Shown here piece by piece: positions 38,149 through 52,849 of a stretch of DNA of 64,000 nt. The stretch is from Paecilomyces variotii (Eukaryota). The stretch lies in assembly GCA_004022145.1 (NCBI GenBank), contig RCNU01000009.1, one strand, 5' to 3'. Under the pieces are notes generated by a model, which was not told the origin of the DNA, did no database searches, and was given only the letters and a program-made list of their open reading frames with translations. Each line of letters starts with the position of its first letter. The stretch's first letter is position 1. A program made the translations under genes and the position numbers.

Positions 38149-41100
38149 TTAGATCAGAACCCATTCACTGCCTCGTTTGATGAATTTATCCAGCATCATG
38201 CTCACGTCGTTCAAGGCAAACCGGCATACATAGAAGCCAAAAAATTCCGCCGCGTGTCGAGTGCTGAGCTCCAGGCCCACGTGGGTTGGTGACGAATGTT
38301 TCAGCCCTGGATCCTCGACCTGGTGGGCAATTTGATCTGTACGAGTTAGCAACTGTCTCCTGCGAGATATCGGGAGAGGTCATCGCTATAAGGAGTTGCG
38401 AAAGTTGTACCAACTTACCCAGCACTTGTGCGGCGTCAAATAACCTTGCCAGCGCCCCCATGTAGTTTGCATTGGGTCCCGCGAATTCGAGTTGCGTTAG
38501 ATCTCTTTTCGACCTTCGCTCGCTCGGCGTGGAAGTCATCGGTAGAGACGGCATAGTCAGGTTTTCCTTGCCTCCCTCTTTTCCATTGGAAACTGGTGTC
38601 GCGGAGTTGATATTCGAATTCTTAGATCTCAGCTTCCGCCAGGACGACAGATATGACCTGCTTGATCCGCTGGCCGTCTTAGAAGAAGATGTCGAATCTG
38701 CAGCCGGGCCTGTATCGTCCATGGAAGTGGACCTGAAAAGCGACATGGATCCTTGAACCCCAACTTCGTGGCCCAGCTTTTTTGCCAAAGTAGCCTGTAC
38801 TTGGTCAAGAACGTTTTCCAAAGACTGCATTTCCTCCAAGATTGCATCAGCGTCGTAAACGTCAACCTGGGCAAGCTTTAGTAGAGCCGCCGTCAATAGA
38901 TCGCAATTGGAGATTTTCTCTTCGACCGCCTTGATTTTGACGTTCTTGACGCGCCACACATCCCTTGGGATAAACAACTTTGTTGAGAGGTATCCACCGC
39001 GAGGGTGTGCAATAGTCTGATAAAGACATCTCATAAGCCAAAAAGGTCTTGAGAGAAAAGATTCAGGACAGGGCTCGAGAGGGATCGGAGCGTTGTCGGC
39101 TGCTGGGTTAGGAGAACCCGGGCTGGTTGGCGAGTGAATGTTACTGTCGAAAAGATAAAGACCGCCTGTTGGCAGACCGTTCAGGGTGAAATGTGCCCCT
39201 GTTGGTGTGGGTAGCGTGAGCGGAACGCCATTCGCGATGCTTTTTTGATAATCAAATGCCGGAAAAGTGCTGCTTGAAGGAGTCCCCGGGGAATCCGTCG
39301 GGATATCGGGCGTCGCGACTGACATATTCCTCATTCTCATACCTCTTAAACTCGTCGACGAATCGTTCTTTCTCAACTTACCCGGCAAAGATGGCAGTTT
39401 ACTGAATGAACGGGAGGGCGACGGCGCACCCGAGCGGACCCATTCATCACTCTCGTGAGTCGACACTTTTGCAAGCGCCGCTGCAGTGACGCCCTCGCCG
39501 GCAAGAGAATCCATTGAACCGCTCCGGCTATTCGATGTCCCCCTGCGGATTCTGCCAGGCAGAGTCTCCGTGTTGAGAGCATTAACTGGCATGCTGGTTT
39601 TAGGTTCATCGCGCGAAACATCAAGAGCCTGGGTGATCAGAGGCACCGGGGCAGGCTCCGTCCTCGGGCCTTGTGGCCCAGACGGGCCAATCGCGTTGGT
39701 ATCAATCTTCAACTGTTTCATGTTCTGTCCTGATAATCGCCGTCGGGCTTTTACGCTGGTGCCGGAGGGCGAGTTGAAGCTGGGTGAGGATGGGACATCA
39801 GGACCAGTAGTGGGAAGAGCTGGAGCCGAAGAAGAAGTGGGCAGTGGCGGCGGCGGTGGGAGACTTTTCGAGAGCTTCGAGCCTAGAGACGGCAAGACGA
39901 CACCCTCAGCAAGGGTGGAGAGCGATGTTCCAGCCGTGGTTGGATTAGAAGCAACAGAGCTTCCCCAGGTTCGGCCAGAAAAGCCGCTGGAATTCGACTC
40001 GCGAGGAAGTGCTGACTTCGACTGTAGATCGAATCGAAAGTCATCCATAACGTAGCCTTTTGTCATCTCCTCCAGTAGTCGTTCTTCTTCCTCAGCCTCC
40101 TCATCGATGAAATCGACCTCAAAACGGTCCATGTGCGGAGGTAAAATATCGTCTTGGAACTTTTCACGTCGGCCTGCTGTGGCCGCTGCAGCTTCTCTCT
40201 CAGCCTCTCTCACTCTCTGTTTCGCCAATTCCACATTTCTGCGAGCGTTGGATATTACGCTGTCTTCCACAAAGCGATCATTAATATCTGCAGCGGGTTC
40301 GAGACCTTCGTCATAAGCAGCCTCAACGGCGGCGTCTAGGGCGGCATCGAATTCGGCCTCGGTTCCGTGACTGTCACGATGGCTCCGTCTCTGACGGAGG
40401 TAAATAGATGACATTCCAGAGCGCGTCGAAGCGGGTGACGAGGCGCCCGACTCATCGATAGTATCTAACCACGACGTCGATTCATTGCTGATATGGCCGC
40501 CATGGTCACCATTTTGGGAATATTGAGATTGGCTAGTCGGCGCTCGCGAGTGACTATCACTGAAGCCATTTTCTGAGAAAGATGACCCGTTCAAAGAGAG
40601 CTCAGAGCGGGTCTCATGCCTATACCCATCAGACCGAGAATGGTCCCGCGACCTACTTCGTTGCGGTGACGAACGGGAAGACTGAATGTCATCGTCAAAC
40701 GCCGATGGAAGCAATGACTGGCGCTGAGGAACCTGCGACGAAGTCGCATCATGAAACTCAGGTGCAGGGACGGGGTAATCAGCATCACGCATAGCCATGG
40801 TAGTGTCAATGCTTGCAGAATTCGTGCCATCATAGTTTACTGGCCGGAAAAGCGCCCGAGAAAATGATTCGCCGCTCAAGGGTGTCTCGGGAAGAGCCTT
40901 TTCGTCCCTTTTCTCGACTCCTAGCCGCCGTAACTCGCTGATACGAGCTGTATACGTATTGTGCTACGCAATTCGTTAAAACTCTGCTTTTCTTGAGCAA
41001 AAAAAAAGAAGAAGGGAGGGATGACTGGCAAGGGAGTTGCTTCTTTGGGTTTGGGAGGGCTGGTTATAATAAAGGACTTGCAAACGATGTATGGTTTACT

Positions 41101-41268
41101 TACAATCTCCTGGAGCTTCAACTTCTCCTCAACGCTGCCGTTAGAACGGAGCATGACCAGCTGCAGTAGCTGGCAAGCATCATCGTAGGCTTCAATAGCA
41201 CCTTCAAAATTTGCTGCATTATCCAGCAGGACAGCTGTGTTGGCCTTCTGGAGCGCTTTTGACAACAT
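38149..41268 (-). CDS. MIT domain-containing protein
   Basis: N-terminal MIT helix bundle (MLSKALQKANTAVLLDNAANFEGAIEAY), long disordered middle, conserved C-terminal region (RPFWLMRCLYQTIAHPRGGYL). Introns at about 41103-40968 and 38419-38339. The true start could lie further upstream. Confidence 0.82.
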
Positions 41269-43106
41269 TTTCGCTCTCGAACTCGCTTTCGCTTCCCTCG
41301 CTAGCTCTGAAGACTATCCTGTGCAAGGACGCGATGAGATTTTTTGATATGCCAATCGAGGCTATCCTTCAGGACCATGCGGGATGTGTCCAATACCCTT
41401 GCCGAAAGGCGATAATGTACGTAGATAATCTATAGTTATGGTCCGTGAGTGTACGTCGTGTTTTCACTGCCGCGTGAGGTCGAGCAATATAGCATTGCCG
41501 TCAATGGTCACGAAATTGGTTGGGACTAGTCACAGAAAATGGCGCATGGACCGAGATGGTGCTTATATCGACATGAAGTGCCTGTTCAAGTCCGTTCAAA
41601 AGTCGCATGAGCGGTGTGGTGCGGAGGGGAAAGAAGGGCAATTCCTAGGTGATCGGCTAAACTCAACCGACAGATCACTGTACAACACACCGTTGCCAGT
41701 CAAGTACCCGAAAAATGATATCGAAGGCAGATGGGCGAAGAAAAGGACTTTATAGCACCCGACAATGTCTGCGCCAAGGCTTTCTGTTTATATAGCGGGA
41801 GGCGCGCTTCAACACGGATTGGAAGTTGGATATACAAATCGAGGGACGGTCGTCGGAGTTCGGGATGTCGCAACCATTCTCTGTCGATTATGAGCTATAT
41901 CTCGAAATGCCCAGGTGTAATGGGGAAATCGCAAGGCCCAATTCTCCTGCTAGCACTTTCGCCTTTTATGTAGTCATATAGTCGGTTTCTCGTACGGGAA
42001 GTCGATGTGCTGCCTTTTGATGCGCTCAAGGGGCCTCTTTAACAAGGTCAATCCGTTCAATTGGTCCTCTTCCTGCGAAGACCACCTGTTCGTTACGAGA
42101 ACATGCGGAGTAATGCGGATACCGACAGTCTAGACACCACGCAAGTAGTCACTTTGTTGCGAGCCAGCGACTGTGAAAGGATAACGAGGAACGGCAGGAT
42201 ATATAGTCGTCTAGGAATATGATGCGCGCGGCAGAATCGATATAGCGAACAATGCAGGGGAGGAAGCTCGTTCGTCCTTCTGGGTCTCAGGAGTAGGGGT
42301 TGGTGATGCCGCGGATTCAGGGGATATCAATAACAAGCGCACCGGGAGCCGCGCGCAAGAAGACCGCTTGATCAGCAGGTGAGAGAAGGGAGAATGTAGG
42401 ACCAGTACTGGCGACAACTATTCGACAGCCAGTGAAGAGAGTTGAGGTCCAAGATCCTGCATTGAGAAGGAAAGGGGGGGGAGTTCCAAATTCGAGATGG
42501 GGTTCGCGGGAGAGGCGTGTGGATTTCGCGCCGTCGTCTGGCCCGCTCGATCTGGCCCCGACTCAAGCGCAGGTCCGAACGGTAGATTATAATAATTATT
42601 CGGACGGAGTACGCTGCAGTGGTCAGGTCGAATGGGAATCTCATCATGATTTCCTTTCGTTACAGACTCGTGCAAAGCACTGGTCTAACTAGCCTGAGGG
42701 GGTCCTGTGCGCAGTGGAAAGATGTCAACACCAGCAGTGGTCGCTCAAACTTAGCCTTGCAAGGTTCTCTCTTCCTGCTTCTGCGGATTACTGGTAGTTA
42801 CAGTATGTACTTAGCGGGTTAGAGTTGCGCAAGTATTACGGAGGACCTCCAGTGCCGCGCAGTTATGATCACATCGCCTCCTTGATATTGATAAGCTGGT
42901 TACTTCGATTAGCGGGGAACCCCTCATTCAACTACCCCGACCTTGGATGGCAGACATCAAGGTCGAGCCCTGGTAAGCCATAGCATACATAAATCAAGCC
43001 TCTTAGTTAACTGGGAACCTCTGCATTTAACAAGGAGCAATTCGTTGCTCTATCAACCGGATACTGTTCGTTCAATCCCATTACACGCGCCCTACATACA
43101 CCAGCT

Positions 43107-46100
43107 ATGGGTTTCTCTGAGGGACGAGGTATCCGGATTGCTATTGATGTACAGTATTCCCTCCCATGGCTCCAGGTCCGTTCGACAGCATATCTGCTTC
43201 GAGGGGCTGACAAGATTCATAGCGCGGTGGCACCTTCACCGATTGTATAGGAAACTCAGGAAGCGGAAAGCTCGAAGACGACGTAGTTATCAAGTTACTC
43301 TCCGAAGACCCTTCCAATTACGAGGATGCTCCACTAGAAGGGATCCGGCGTTTGTTATCCAAATTCACAGGCCGTGAAATACCTCGTGGGGAGCCGCTGG
43401 ACACGTCTCTCATTGAAAGCATTCGCATGGGAACGACGGTCGCTACTAATGCCCTGCTTGAACGGAAGGGCGAGAGAATCGCCCTTGTGGTTACTAAAGG
43501 ATTCAAAGATTGTCTTATAATCGGAAATCAATCTCGTCCAAAGATCTTTGACCTGGCTATCAAGCGACCTGACGTCCTCTATGACAGAGTGATCGAGATC
43601 GACGAGAGAGTGACATTGGAGGACTATGCGGAAGACCCAACTCGACATACGACGAAAACAGCGCCGCGAGAAGAAACATCCGCGGATGCAGATCTCGTTC
43701 GCGGCCTGTCCTCGGAAGCTGTGCGCATCCTACAAAGGCCCTCTGAGGACAAGATAAGGTCTCAGTTACAGGCCCTCTACGATGATGGAATCCGCAGCAT
43801 TGCTGTTTGCTTGATGCACAGCTATACCTTTCCCGACCATGAGGCAATCATAGGACGACTAGCAGCTGAGATCGGCTTTCAGCATGTCAGTCTCAGCCAT
43901 GAGCTGATGCCTATGATCAAACTTGTGCCTCGAGCAACCTCGGCCTGTGCAGATGCCTACCTTACTCCTGCTATCAAGAAATATATCGCCAGCTTTCAGG
44001 TCGGCTTCAAAGGTGGCTTGGGCACAGAGAGTGTCAAAAATGAGGGTGACAACAGAGCAGCTCGATGCGAATTTATGCAGTCTGACGGTGGCCTCGTCGA
44101 CGTTGATCGATTCTCTGGTCTACGAGCGATCCTATCAGGTCCCGCTGGCGGCGTCGTTGGGTATGCATTGACTTCCTATGATCCGGAGACAAAGGTCCCA
44201 GTCATTGGTTTCGACATGGGAGGCACCAGTACTGATGTTAGTCGCTATGGCTCGGGTCGCTATGAGCATGTTTTCGAGACGACTACGGCAGGAGTGACCA
44301 TCCAATCTCCTCAGCTCGATATAAATACTGTCGCCGCAGGAGGAGGCTCTAGACTGTTCTTCCGCAATGGCCTCTTTGTTGTCGGCCCTGAGTCCGCTGG
44401 TGCTCATCCCGGTCCAGCCTGTTACCGTAAAGGGGGCCCACTGACGGTGACTGATGCCAATCTCTTTCTGGGCAGGCTACTTCCTGACTTTTTCCCAAAG
44501 ATATTTGGGCCAAAGGAGAATGAAGAACTAGATATACAAGCCAGCAGAAAGCTCTTTGAAGATCTCACGAAAGTGGTCAATGACGAGGTGGCGAAGGGAG
44601 ATAAGGCGAAGGAGATGACTCCTGATGAAGTGGCATATGGGTTTATCAAGATCGCAAACGAGACGATGACAAGACCTATACGTTCTCTCACTGAAGCAAA
44701 AGGCCATGATACTTCTAAACATAGACTTGCGACCTTCGGTGGAGCAGGTGGTCAGCATGCTGTTGCGATTGCAGAGAGTTTGGGCATTCGACAAATACTG
44801 CTGCACAAATACTCATCCGTTCTCTCAGCCTATGGTATGGCGTTGGCAGACGTCGTTGATGAAAGTCAGGAGCCGGAATCAAAAGTATGGTCTGATGAAG
44901 GCAATGTCAGGGAAGAGCTAAAAGAGAAGATGGAGGAATTGAAGAAAAAATCCTCAATCAAGCTACGGGAACAAGGTTTTGAAGACGACTCCATTGTATT
45001 CGAAGAGTATCTCAACATGCGATACCGTGGGACAGAGTCTGCATTGATGATTGCTAAACCGACCCCGGAGGAAGCAAAGGATTCCTACGGTGGGGACCAG
45101 TGGGCGTTTGGCAAAGCATTTGTTGAACAGCATGAGCAAGAATTCGGTTTCACGCTTCCTGACCGAGACATTATTGTTGACGATGTTCGGGTTAGGGGCA
45201 TTGGGAAGAGTTTCCAGGCTCTGGGGAAAACAGTTGACCAGCAATTGAAAGATGCGAAGCCAAAAGATGTAAGCAGCGACAAAAAATATGATGTGCGCGA
45301 AGTGTACTTTGAAGGTGGACGTCAGCACACGCCTATTTACCGACTACAGGATTTGGTGGTCAATGATCATGTCAAAGGACCAGCAATCTTGGCCGATGAC
45401 ACTCAAACATTGGTTGTGCCTCCAGGCGCTGCGGCACTCATCATTGAGACCCATGTTGTTATCAATATTGGTGAATCCGCGATTCAAGAGACGAAACCGA
45501 GTGCCGATAGCGTCGACCCCATTATGCTCAGCATTTTTGCGCATCGGTTCATGGCCATTGCAGAACAGATGGGACGGGCCCTGCAAAAGACGAGTGTCAG
45601 CACGAATGTAAAGGAGAGACTGGATTATTCATGTGCGCTCTTTGATGCGCAGGGTGGACTCGTTGCCAATGCTCCCCATCTTCCTGTCCACTTGGGCAGC
45701 ATGTCAACTTGCGTCTCAATGCAGGCCCGTATATGGGAAGGAAAACTTAAACCTGGAGACGTGATAGTGTCCAATCATCCCGAATTTGGCGGAACTCATC
45801 TTCCAGATATAACCGTCATAACTCCGGCATTCAGCGGGAAAGATATCATCTTCTATGTGGCGTCGCGTGCTCATCATGGCAAGTGGATACACCTGGGCAT
45901 ATAATTTCTAGTGCTAACCTCTCGAACAGCTGACATCGGTGGTATCCTACCAGGCTCTATGCCACCTCATTCTAAGGAGCTCTTCCAGGAGGGTGCTGCA
46001 ATCCAATCCGAAAAGCTTGTCTCGGAGGGCCAGTTCAACGAAAAACGAATCACAGAGTTGCTTTACGACGAACCTGCCCAGTATCCCGAATGCAGTGGCA

Positions 46101-47392
46101 CGAGGAGCCTGGCTGACAACCTGAACGACCTCAAAGCTCAGATTGCTGCCAATCAAAAGGGAATTAGTCTCATATCGGCCTTAATTGGAGACTATGGCGA
46201 AGATGTAGTTCAATTCTACATGCGAAAGATCCAGGAAAATGCAGAGTTAAGTGTCAGGAACCTCTTGAGAGAAGTCAGCGCCAAGTTCGCCAATCGAGAT
46301 CTCAGTGCCATCGATTATATGGATGACGGTACTCCAATCCAACTGAGAATTTCAATCAATGTAGAAAAGGGTGAAGCTATCTTCGACTTTGAGGGCACAG
46401 GGCCGGAAGTTTACGGTAAGGATACTCATGGGTACATCATTGCTTCGCAGTCTGACTTGCTCCAGGGAATATCAATGCTCCAGAAGCTGTTACTTATTCT
46501 GCGATCATCTACTGTCTAAGGTGTCTAATATCGGAAGATATCCCCCTGAACCAGGGATGTTTAAAGCCAATCGAGGTCCGAATACCGAAAGATTCAATCC
46601 TTTCGCCTTCGGCCAGAGCTGCCGTAGTAGGTGGAAATGTTCTGACAGTAAGTAACATGGACACTTAACACAGGTTGGTGATTAATATTGGATTCTAACC
46701 GACATCAGAGTCAACGGATAACCGATGTTATTCTTAAATGCTTCAAGGCCTGTGCAGCTTCACAGGGAGACACTAACAACCTAACCTTTGGCTTCGGCGG
46801 GAATATCTCTGGCGAAGCTGAAACCAGGGGCTTTGGCTATTACGAGACGATAGCCGGAGGAAGCGGTGCCGGTCCGGATTGGGAGGGAACATCGGGCGTC
46901 CACACCCATATGACGAACACTCGCATTACTGATGCAGAGATTTTCGAGAGGAGATATCCCGTGCTACTCCGGGAGTTCAGCATCCGACACGGCTCCGCGG
47001 GTGATGGCCAGCACCGTGGTGGTGATGGTGTCGTACGTGATATCGAATTCCGCATCCCTGTCCAGGTTTCCATACTCTCGGAACGGAGAGTGTACAGACC
47101 CTATGGTCTCGAAGGGGGCGAAGATGCTCAGCGCGGAGAAAATATCTGGGTGCGTAGAATACCGAAACGAGATGGCACTGAAGACGAGTGGGAAGAACGC
47201 CATATCAACTTGGGCGCGAAGAACACAGCGAAAATGCAGCCTGGAGAACGCATCATAGTGAGAACTCCTGGTGGCGGTGGATGGGGTATATCTGGTACCA
47301 AGAAGAAAGCCCGTGATGAACAAGACGCTCGCCACGCCTGGAGAGGCGGGTCGCTAGCTAATCGAGTATCGATGCAAGAGACGAGCGTGTGA
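43107..47392 (+). CDS. OXP1: 5-oxoprolinase (ATP-hydrolysing; hydantoinase A+B fusion)
   Basis: [74 protein letters not shown]. Four introns, one of them GC-AG (45879-45929). Confidence 0.97.
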
Positions 47393-47653
47393 ATTTGGAG
47401 CTTAGCAGACGAGCAACATGCCCCAGGTACATAAGTGGCTTCCCACATATATACCGCTTCATGACCTAGTTATGCCCAGACATAGTGGATAACGAAGTAA
47501 TGCCAGATTCCATGTTTTGAAGCTATGTATACAAGAAAAGGAGTAAAAGAAATATCAAAAGCCACTTGAGATCATAAGTTGCCGCTCCCCGCCCGCCCAA
47601 GTAGAAACAAGAAACGCCAGACTCCAGTTCTTTTCACCGACCAGTTTCAATAA

Positions 47654-48300
47654 TTACTCCTCTTCGTCCTCATCACTGGTCTCCTCGATATTGCTCCGCC
47701 CCGTAGAAGCCGCATCTTTAGTATCAGAGTTGCCTTTATCCGCTTCGACCTTTTCCCCGGACTCATTATATTCAGGGCGAGGCACGACGATTCCCTTTTC
47801 GTGAAGCACCGATTCTATCTCTGGGAGTAAAGAGACAAAAGCAGAGAACTGCTCGATCGGCAATGAGATTCCCTAGAAATAACAATCCAAGTCAATCAGT
47901 AAGACAATTCAGTAGACGTTTTTTTTTTGGCGAAGAGCGCAAAAGAAAACAAAACATGAACGATACAGAGAGAGAGAGATGGCGGCATTTATCTAACCTT
48001 CTTCCCAGGTAACTCTTGTCCATCCTTTTCATAATACTCTCTGATGTTCACCATAGTCTTTCCTCTGAATGTGGAGATGGTGACACGACGCAGTCTCGAT
48101 ATCTCCCAGTACGTGTCGCCGTTAGAATCGACCTTACTGCCTCCTTTTGGGCCAGCAACGGACGTCTGGCTCTCCTTTCTGTTTGTCTCTTTTCTGGGTT
48201 TTTTGGAAGGGCCGTGGCCGTTACTGTCGTCAACGACGAAGTCGTCTCCGGTATCGTACCTGTCCTCGCGGGAGGAACGTTTGTTAGACTTTGGTGCCAT
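47654..48300 (-). CDS. SUB1: Transcriptional coactivator PC4/Sub1 (ssDNA-binding)
   Basis: WEISRLRRVTISTFRGKTMVNIREYY..PGKK/GISLPIEQF PC4 domain. One intron at about 47997-47873. Confidence 0.92.
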
Positions 48301-49145
48301 TGCGGGAAACGTTCAGTAGGAATGGAATTATAGTGGTTGGAAAGGCGTTAGCGGAAAGGTAATTATGACCTTTGATTTGAGAATGTTCAAAGTCGGAGCG
48401 GAGAGTAAGCTTCGTTTTGTTGCAGATGTGATGAGATGAGCTCATGGAGGGAGCTAACTAGTTAAGATCGGTTACTTATCTAACCACATTGATTATTGCA
48501 ATAATCAATGGGCCGCGACACGACGGCGCGTCAAGACGCGACCTTTTTCTTTGCTCCAAACTTCCAGAATTGGTAGATCTGCTACCCCACATATGGACAG
48601 TACTTACGTTGTATGTCATACAGTAATAATAATATAGCTTGTCCCTAGTTAGCCAACTGCAGTAATTATATCAATTATTCTGATAAAACTGCGTAAAAAA
48701 AAAAAAAGAATTCGAATGTCGGTGTTTTTCTCTCTTCCCTCTGCATACAAAAAAAATTCCTAGTAAACATCCTTTGCGTTATTCAAGGACCAATGCTAGC
48801 TAGTAGTAACTTGTATTGCTTAGATGGACGTATTTTATGAATCTCCTGTAGCTACATAACCGTAGCTCAGAACATACAATAATAATCCCCGCTCCTGGAC
48901 AACTCCGAGGTCCCAAACCGGCCCACGTATATAAAACGGTATATGTACATGATGACAGCTAGAGTATACAATAGCTCCCTTATCCCCAAAGCACGCCATC
49001 CCAAAGGTAACCAAGAGTAAGTACATATAATGCTAATACGATAAGCTTTTTTCTATCGTCAACCGTCTCAAGTCACTCGAAGTTTGCAGCTCATCGAAAC
49101 ACGATTGACAAGAGTCTGAAACTCCGATAATCCCTTCGCATGGTC

Positions 49146-52100
49146 TCATAGGGTAGCTGTCTTCAGTGCCTGGAGCAAGAGAGCAAATACGAAGCCGCGA
49201 GCAACTACTTCGATCTGGAGACAGTCAAAAACCTTTCCAAGTGCTTCTCCAGTCGCAGCAGCACCCATAACACTGACGAGGGCCTGGGGCATGCCTCTTT
49301 CAACGAGGAGTTTGCGCGCGTTATTCCTTAGTTTCTCCTGCTCATTATCAGTTGGTGGTGGTGGCCATGTCTTTAATTCATCTTCCGTAGGAAGGCAATT
49401 TTCCCGCAGCTTTTTGATTTGATCTGCAAGTGTCTCATCCTTGGTGTACGTTTCAATCACCGATTCTTGGAGCAATGCACGGATCGCCTCTAGGTTCGGG
49501 TTCCCAGGCCGCAGAATATATGATTTAGCGGCGTTCAGGAGGGTCTTCCTGAAGTTCCACGCCGAAGACAACGTATATAATTCGTTAATGACGGCAAAAA
49601 TGAGCTCCACAGCAATCTGAGCCTCTTCCGAGGATAGGGAGCTGGTTTTCTCACTTGCCTTGTCTGCTTTGGTGGGCCCTTGCGAGAGACTCGATCTTGC
49701 TCCACCTGCGGTCGACAGAGAAACGGCCGGCGAAGGAGTTTCTGGTTCTGAGGAGCCAATGGAGGCTGAGACACCGTCACTGGGTCGTGGAATTTCCGTC
49801 GGGGGTCGGGAAAGGGAAACAGTCTGTGCCTCCCTCTCTAATTCGTTTCTATCAAATGTGTCCTGACCAGTATGGTCACGTTTCGTGTCCGATTCTGATA
49901 GCGTATTTGGGGCACTATCGCATTCTGGACTTGGAGGGGACAGGCTCTTGAGCGAGCCTCTGGTGCTATCCATTGACGTCCTTGGCCCAATGTCCGCGTT
50001 CGACTCAGAAGGAAGGTTTGGAGTACTGAGGTGTCTGTCTTTTTTCAAATCTTTGTCGACGTTTCCATCCGCAGATCTTGCAGCGGCTTCATGATGCAAG
50101 GTAGCAGGCGGAGATTGCCTCCCAATGCTCAAGCTGCTAGACCTCTTGTTGCCACTTACACCAAAGACCCCTGTCACTCCGCCAAATACAGATTTGCTAC
50201 TCCCAGCAACGCCTTTCGGGGCGTTCGTGAGAACCTCCAAAACACCTTTCCCCACACCTTCAAATGCAGTTTGTCCAGGAAAAGAGAAACCGCTTTTCAA
50301 AGGAGTCTTGGGTGCAGCATCTAGATTCCGGTCTTTCCCAAGGAACCGTCTCATGCGTTCGCTCTCAGCGAGGGTCTCGTGTCGAAGGGCATCACGGAGA
50401 TAATTTTCCAAGCCTTGTTTGAGAGTTTGCTTGGTCTTGCCCTTCCAGGTAGGCAGTGCCGGGTGATTCTCGACGAAATCATGAATATGGTTGAGCCTAG
50501 AGATCGGACCGAGAACCTCATGTAGAGACTCAAAGTCACTGTATTTTCTGAAGACTATCCATCCTGGATAGCGTGATGAGGCAGGCTCGATCTGCAGCGC
50601 ATAGTCTCCACTCGGTTTGGCGCGTATCGATCCCTTGTCTCCAGATTCGGAGAGGTCATCTATCGACACCGAAGCAGAGTGAAGTGTTAATGGGGGGGTC
50701 AGTTCCGCTTGCGGGGCTGTTGGCTGACTCTGGGGAGACGTGGGCAGCTTTTGTGGAAGAAGTTGGTCAAAGTCTGTGAAACCTTTCTTATTCGAAGTCT
50801 GTTCGGAGCCATCGCGTGGAATCTCAGTAGGAATAGCGTTCTCTTTGCCATCACCGCCTCCGCGCTCCCTTGTATCATCATCGTCAGAAGAGTGTCTAGA
50901 AATCGATTCGTCTTTAATTGTATAATGTGCATCTCGGCCATTATGGAGCAGGTCCTTCTTGGCGCTTTCCGAGACATCCTCAATTGCCAGAGACATGCTC
51001 TTATATGCCCTGCCATTCGTTGTCTGTGCGGTTGCGTCGCCTCCTTTAGTAGTCTCCAGATTAAAGCTTGAAGAAGGCAGTGATTCAGAGCGAACTCGTC
51101 CCTCGGAACTCGTAGTCCGGATTCTCTCATCAATAGGGGCTGAACTAGTCGCTACATTTCCATCTTTGCGCGCCCCCTCCACGCCGGCGTCGATAGCATT
51201 CATGAGCTCCGGTTCTCCCTCCTCGAGGAGATATACTATCCAGCTATTGATGAACTGAGGGCTCGAACAGGATTTGATAACTGCCTCTAGGACGACGCCA
51301 GCGAAGACCTCCCGGAGGAAATGCCTTACAGGTTCACACCTGTATGCGGTAACATCAAGAAAGCTCGCTAGTATATCATCGGCGACCATGTTGAGTTTCT
51401 TCCGTTGTTGTTCCGCAGCCAAAACATTGGCTAGGCTGCTGTCCGGGTTCTGTTGGAGATAGTTCGAAATCGCCTCCTCGGGTGTGGATGAGACGGGCAG
51501 CCCTGCACCTAGCGCTGCGGAGAGTTCACTGAGAAATACGATAATCATAGAGGAAGAATTCATAAGGAACTGTAAGAATGTGTCCGTAGGTCGTTTCCGA
51601 GAAAGGTGCGACGACATCGATGAGATAAAAGCAGTCAGTGTTCTCTGACAAGAGTCTGGGAACGATGCTTCCGATGGGAGAATTGGCGTATACCAATACC
51701 TGCATCTGCTGTGAGCCGACGACTGCATTCCCATGAGAACGTATAAGCTTACTTCACATAGTCTCTGATTATTGCGTCTGTGAGCGAGTTCAAGGCAGCA
51801 GCCGTCGCCGGGGGAAGCTTAGAGTAGTCCACGGCAACTCGCGAACTCCGCCGTGATAGTGCTATATCCTGAGAGATTTCATTGTCCTCGAATTCATTCT
51901 TCGGCCAGTCAAGAAGTCTGCGAGCCAGCTCCCTTCTTGGTACTCCGCCGTGAGATTGCAGATAGGCATCTCCCCAGGAAGCATGCAATATAATGCCGGC
52001 GACAATACCAACCAGAACCAGTCCAATTCTTCCAAAGAGTATTACCGTCACAGCTGCTAGACAAACGCCAGCAGCAACGATAGCTTCGTTACTGGCGGCG

Positions 52101-52276
52101 GAACAGAAATGGAGAACATGATCAGTTAGAGACTGCTGTGGAGGAGAGGATATCGAGCTTTTGTCTGGATAAGCAGCGTTCTGCTTTACCGACTCAGAGT
52201 CATCGCATGTGCTTCCCGCATCTTGGGCTTGAGGAGAAGAGCGGAGTGCGGCAACGGTGTCAACAGAGTGATCCAT
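49146..52276 (-). CDS. PXA + PX + nexin-C domain protein (sorting nexin-like)
   Basis: N-terminal TM segments, PXA (IIRDYVKYWYTPI), PX (VFRKYSDFESLH..LENYL), nexin C-terminal region. One intron at about 51752-51700. Confidence 0.85.
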
Positions 52277-52849
52277 GGCCCTCGCAGCGCTTGAACTGCA
52301 GCGAGTTCCACAGAGGCTAGAGCCATAAGACGTATTTTGGCGGATTCGCACGGAGAGAGTCCAGAGATGGTGCGATGTTTTGAGGTGTTGGTTAACAGCC
52401 GTAGCACAGGAGGTGTTCGCTCCCGAGCTGTAGTTAAGTTAGTAGGGATGATAAGTAACCCCGAGCCGGATAACGTCTATTTTTACCAATTGTATGGAGC
52501 GGGCAGATCACTTGCCTTTATTGGAAAAAGCCGCCAGTGCATCCGCCCTGTCGTTGTTTTACTTCCAAATGTATGTGCAAACGAACGGCCTAGTTAACAG
52601 CAAAGAAAAATGGAACTATCTGTGGAGCTTCGAGAATTTTCACTACTATTCTCACAGTCTGAAACTATTATAATTTGAGATAATGCCTAAGCAACAACTA
52701 CAAAAGCTCTTACACTGGGAACTAAATACAAAAAGTAACCAGTATATTTCATTTTGCCTATCTCCTTATTCGCTTCCATACGCGGGACAGATGGCACATA
52801 AGAGGGCAGAAACACGGGGGGATCTCGGTTACTATGGCTGATTTGCCAC

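Noticed and set aside
41300..43100. Several 60-105 aa ORFs between the MIT gene and OXP1
   Set aside because: No domain-like content; most likely long 5' UTR and promoter sequence.
43355..47448. Many antisense and alternate-frame ORFs overlapping long genes (OXP1 shown; same for others)
   Set aside because: Shadow ORFs expected from the codon bias of the real coding strand.
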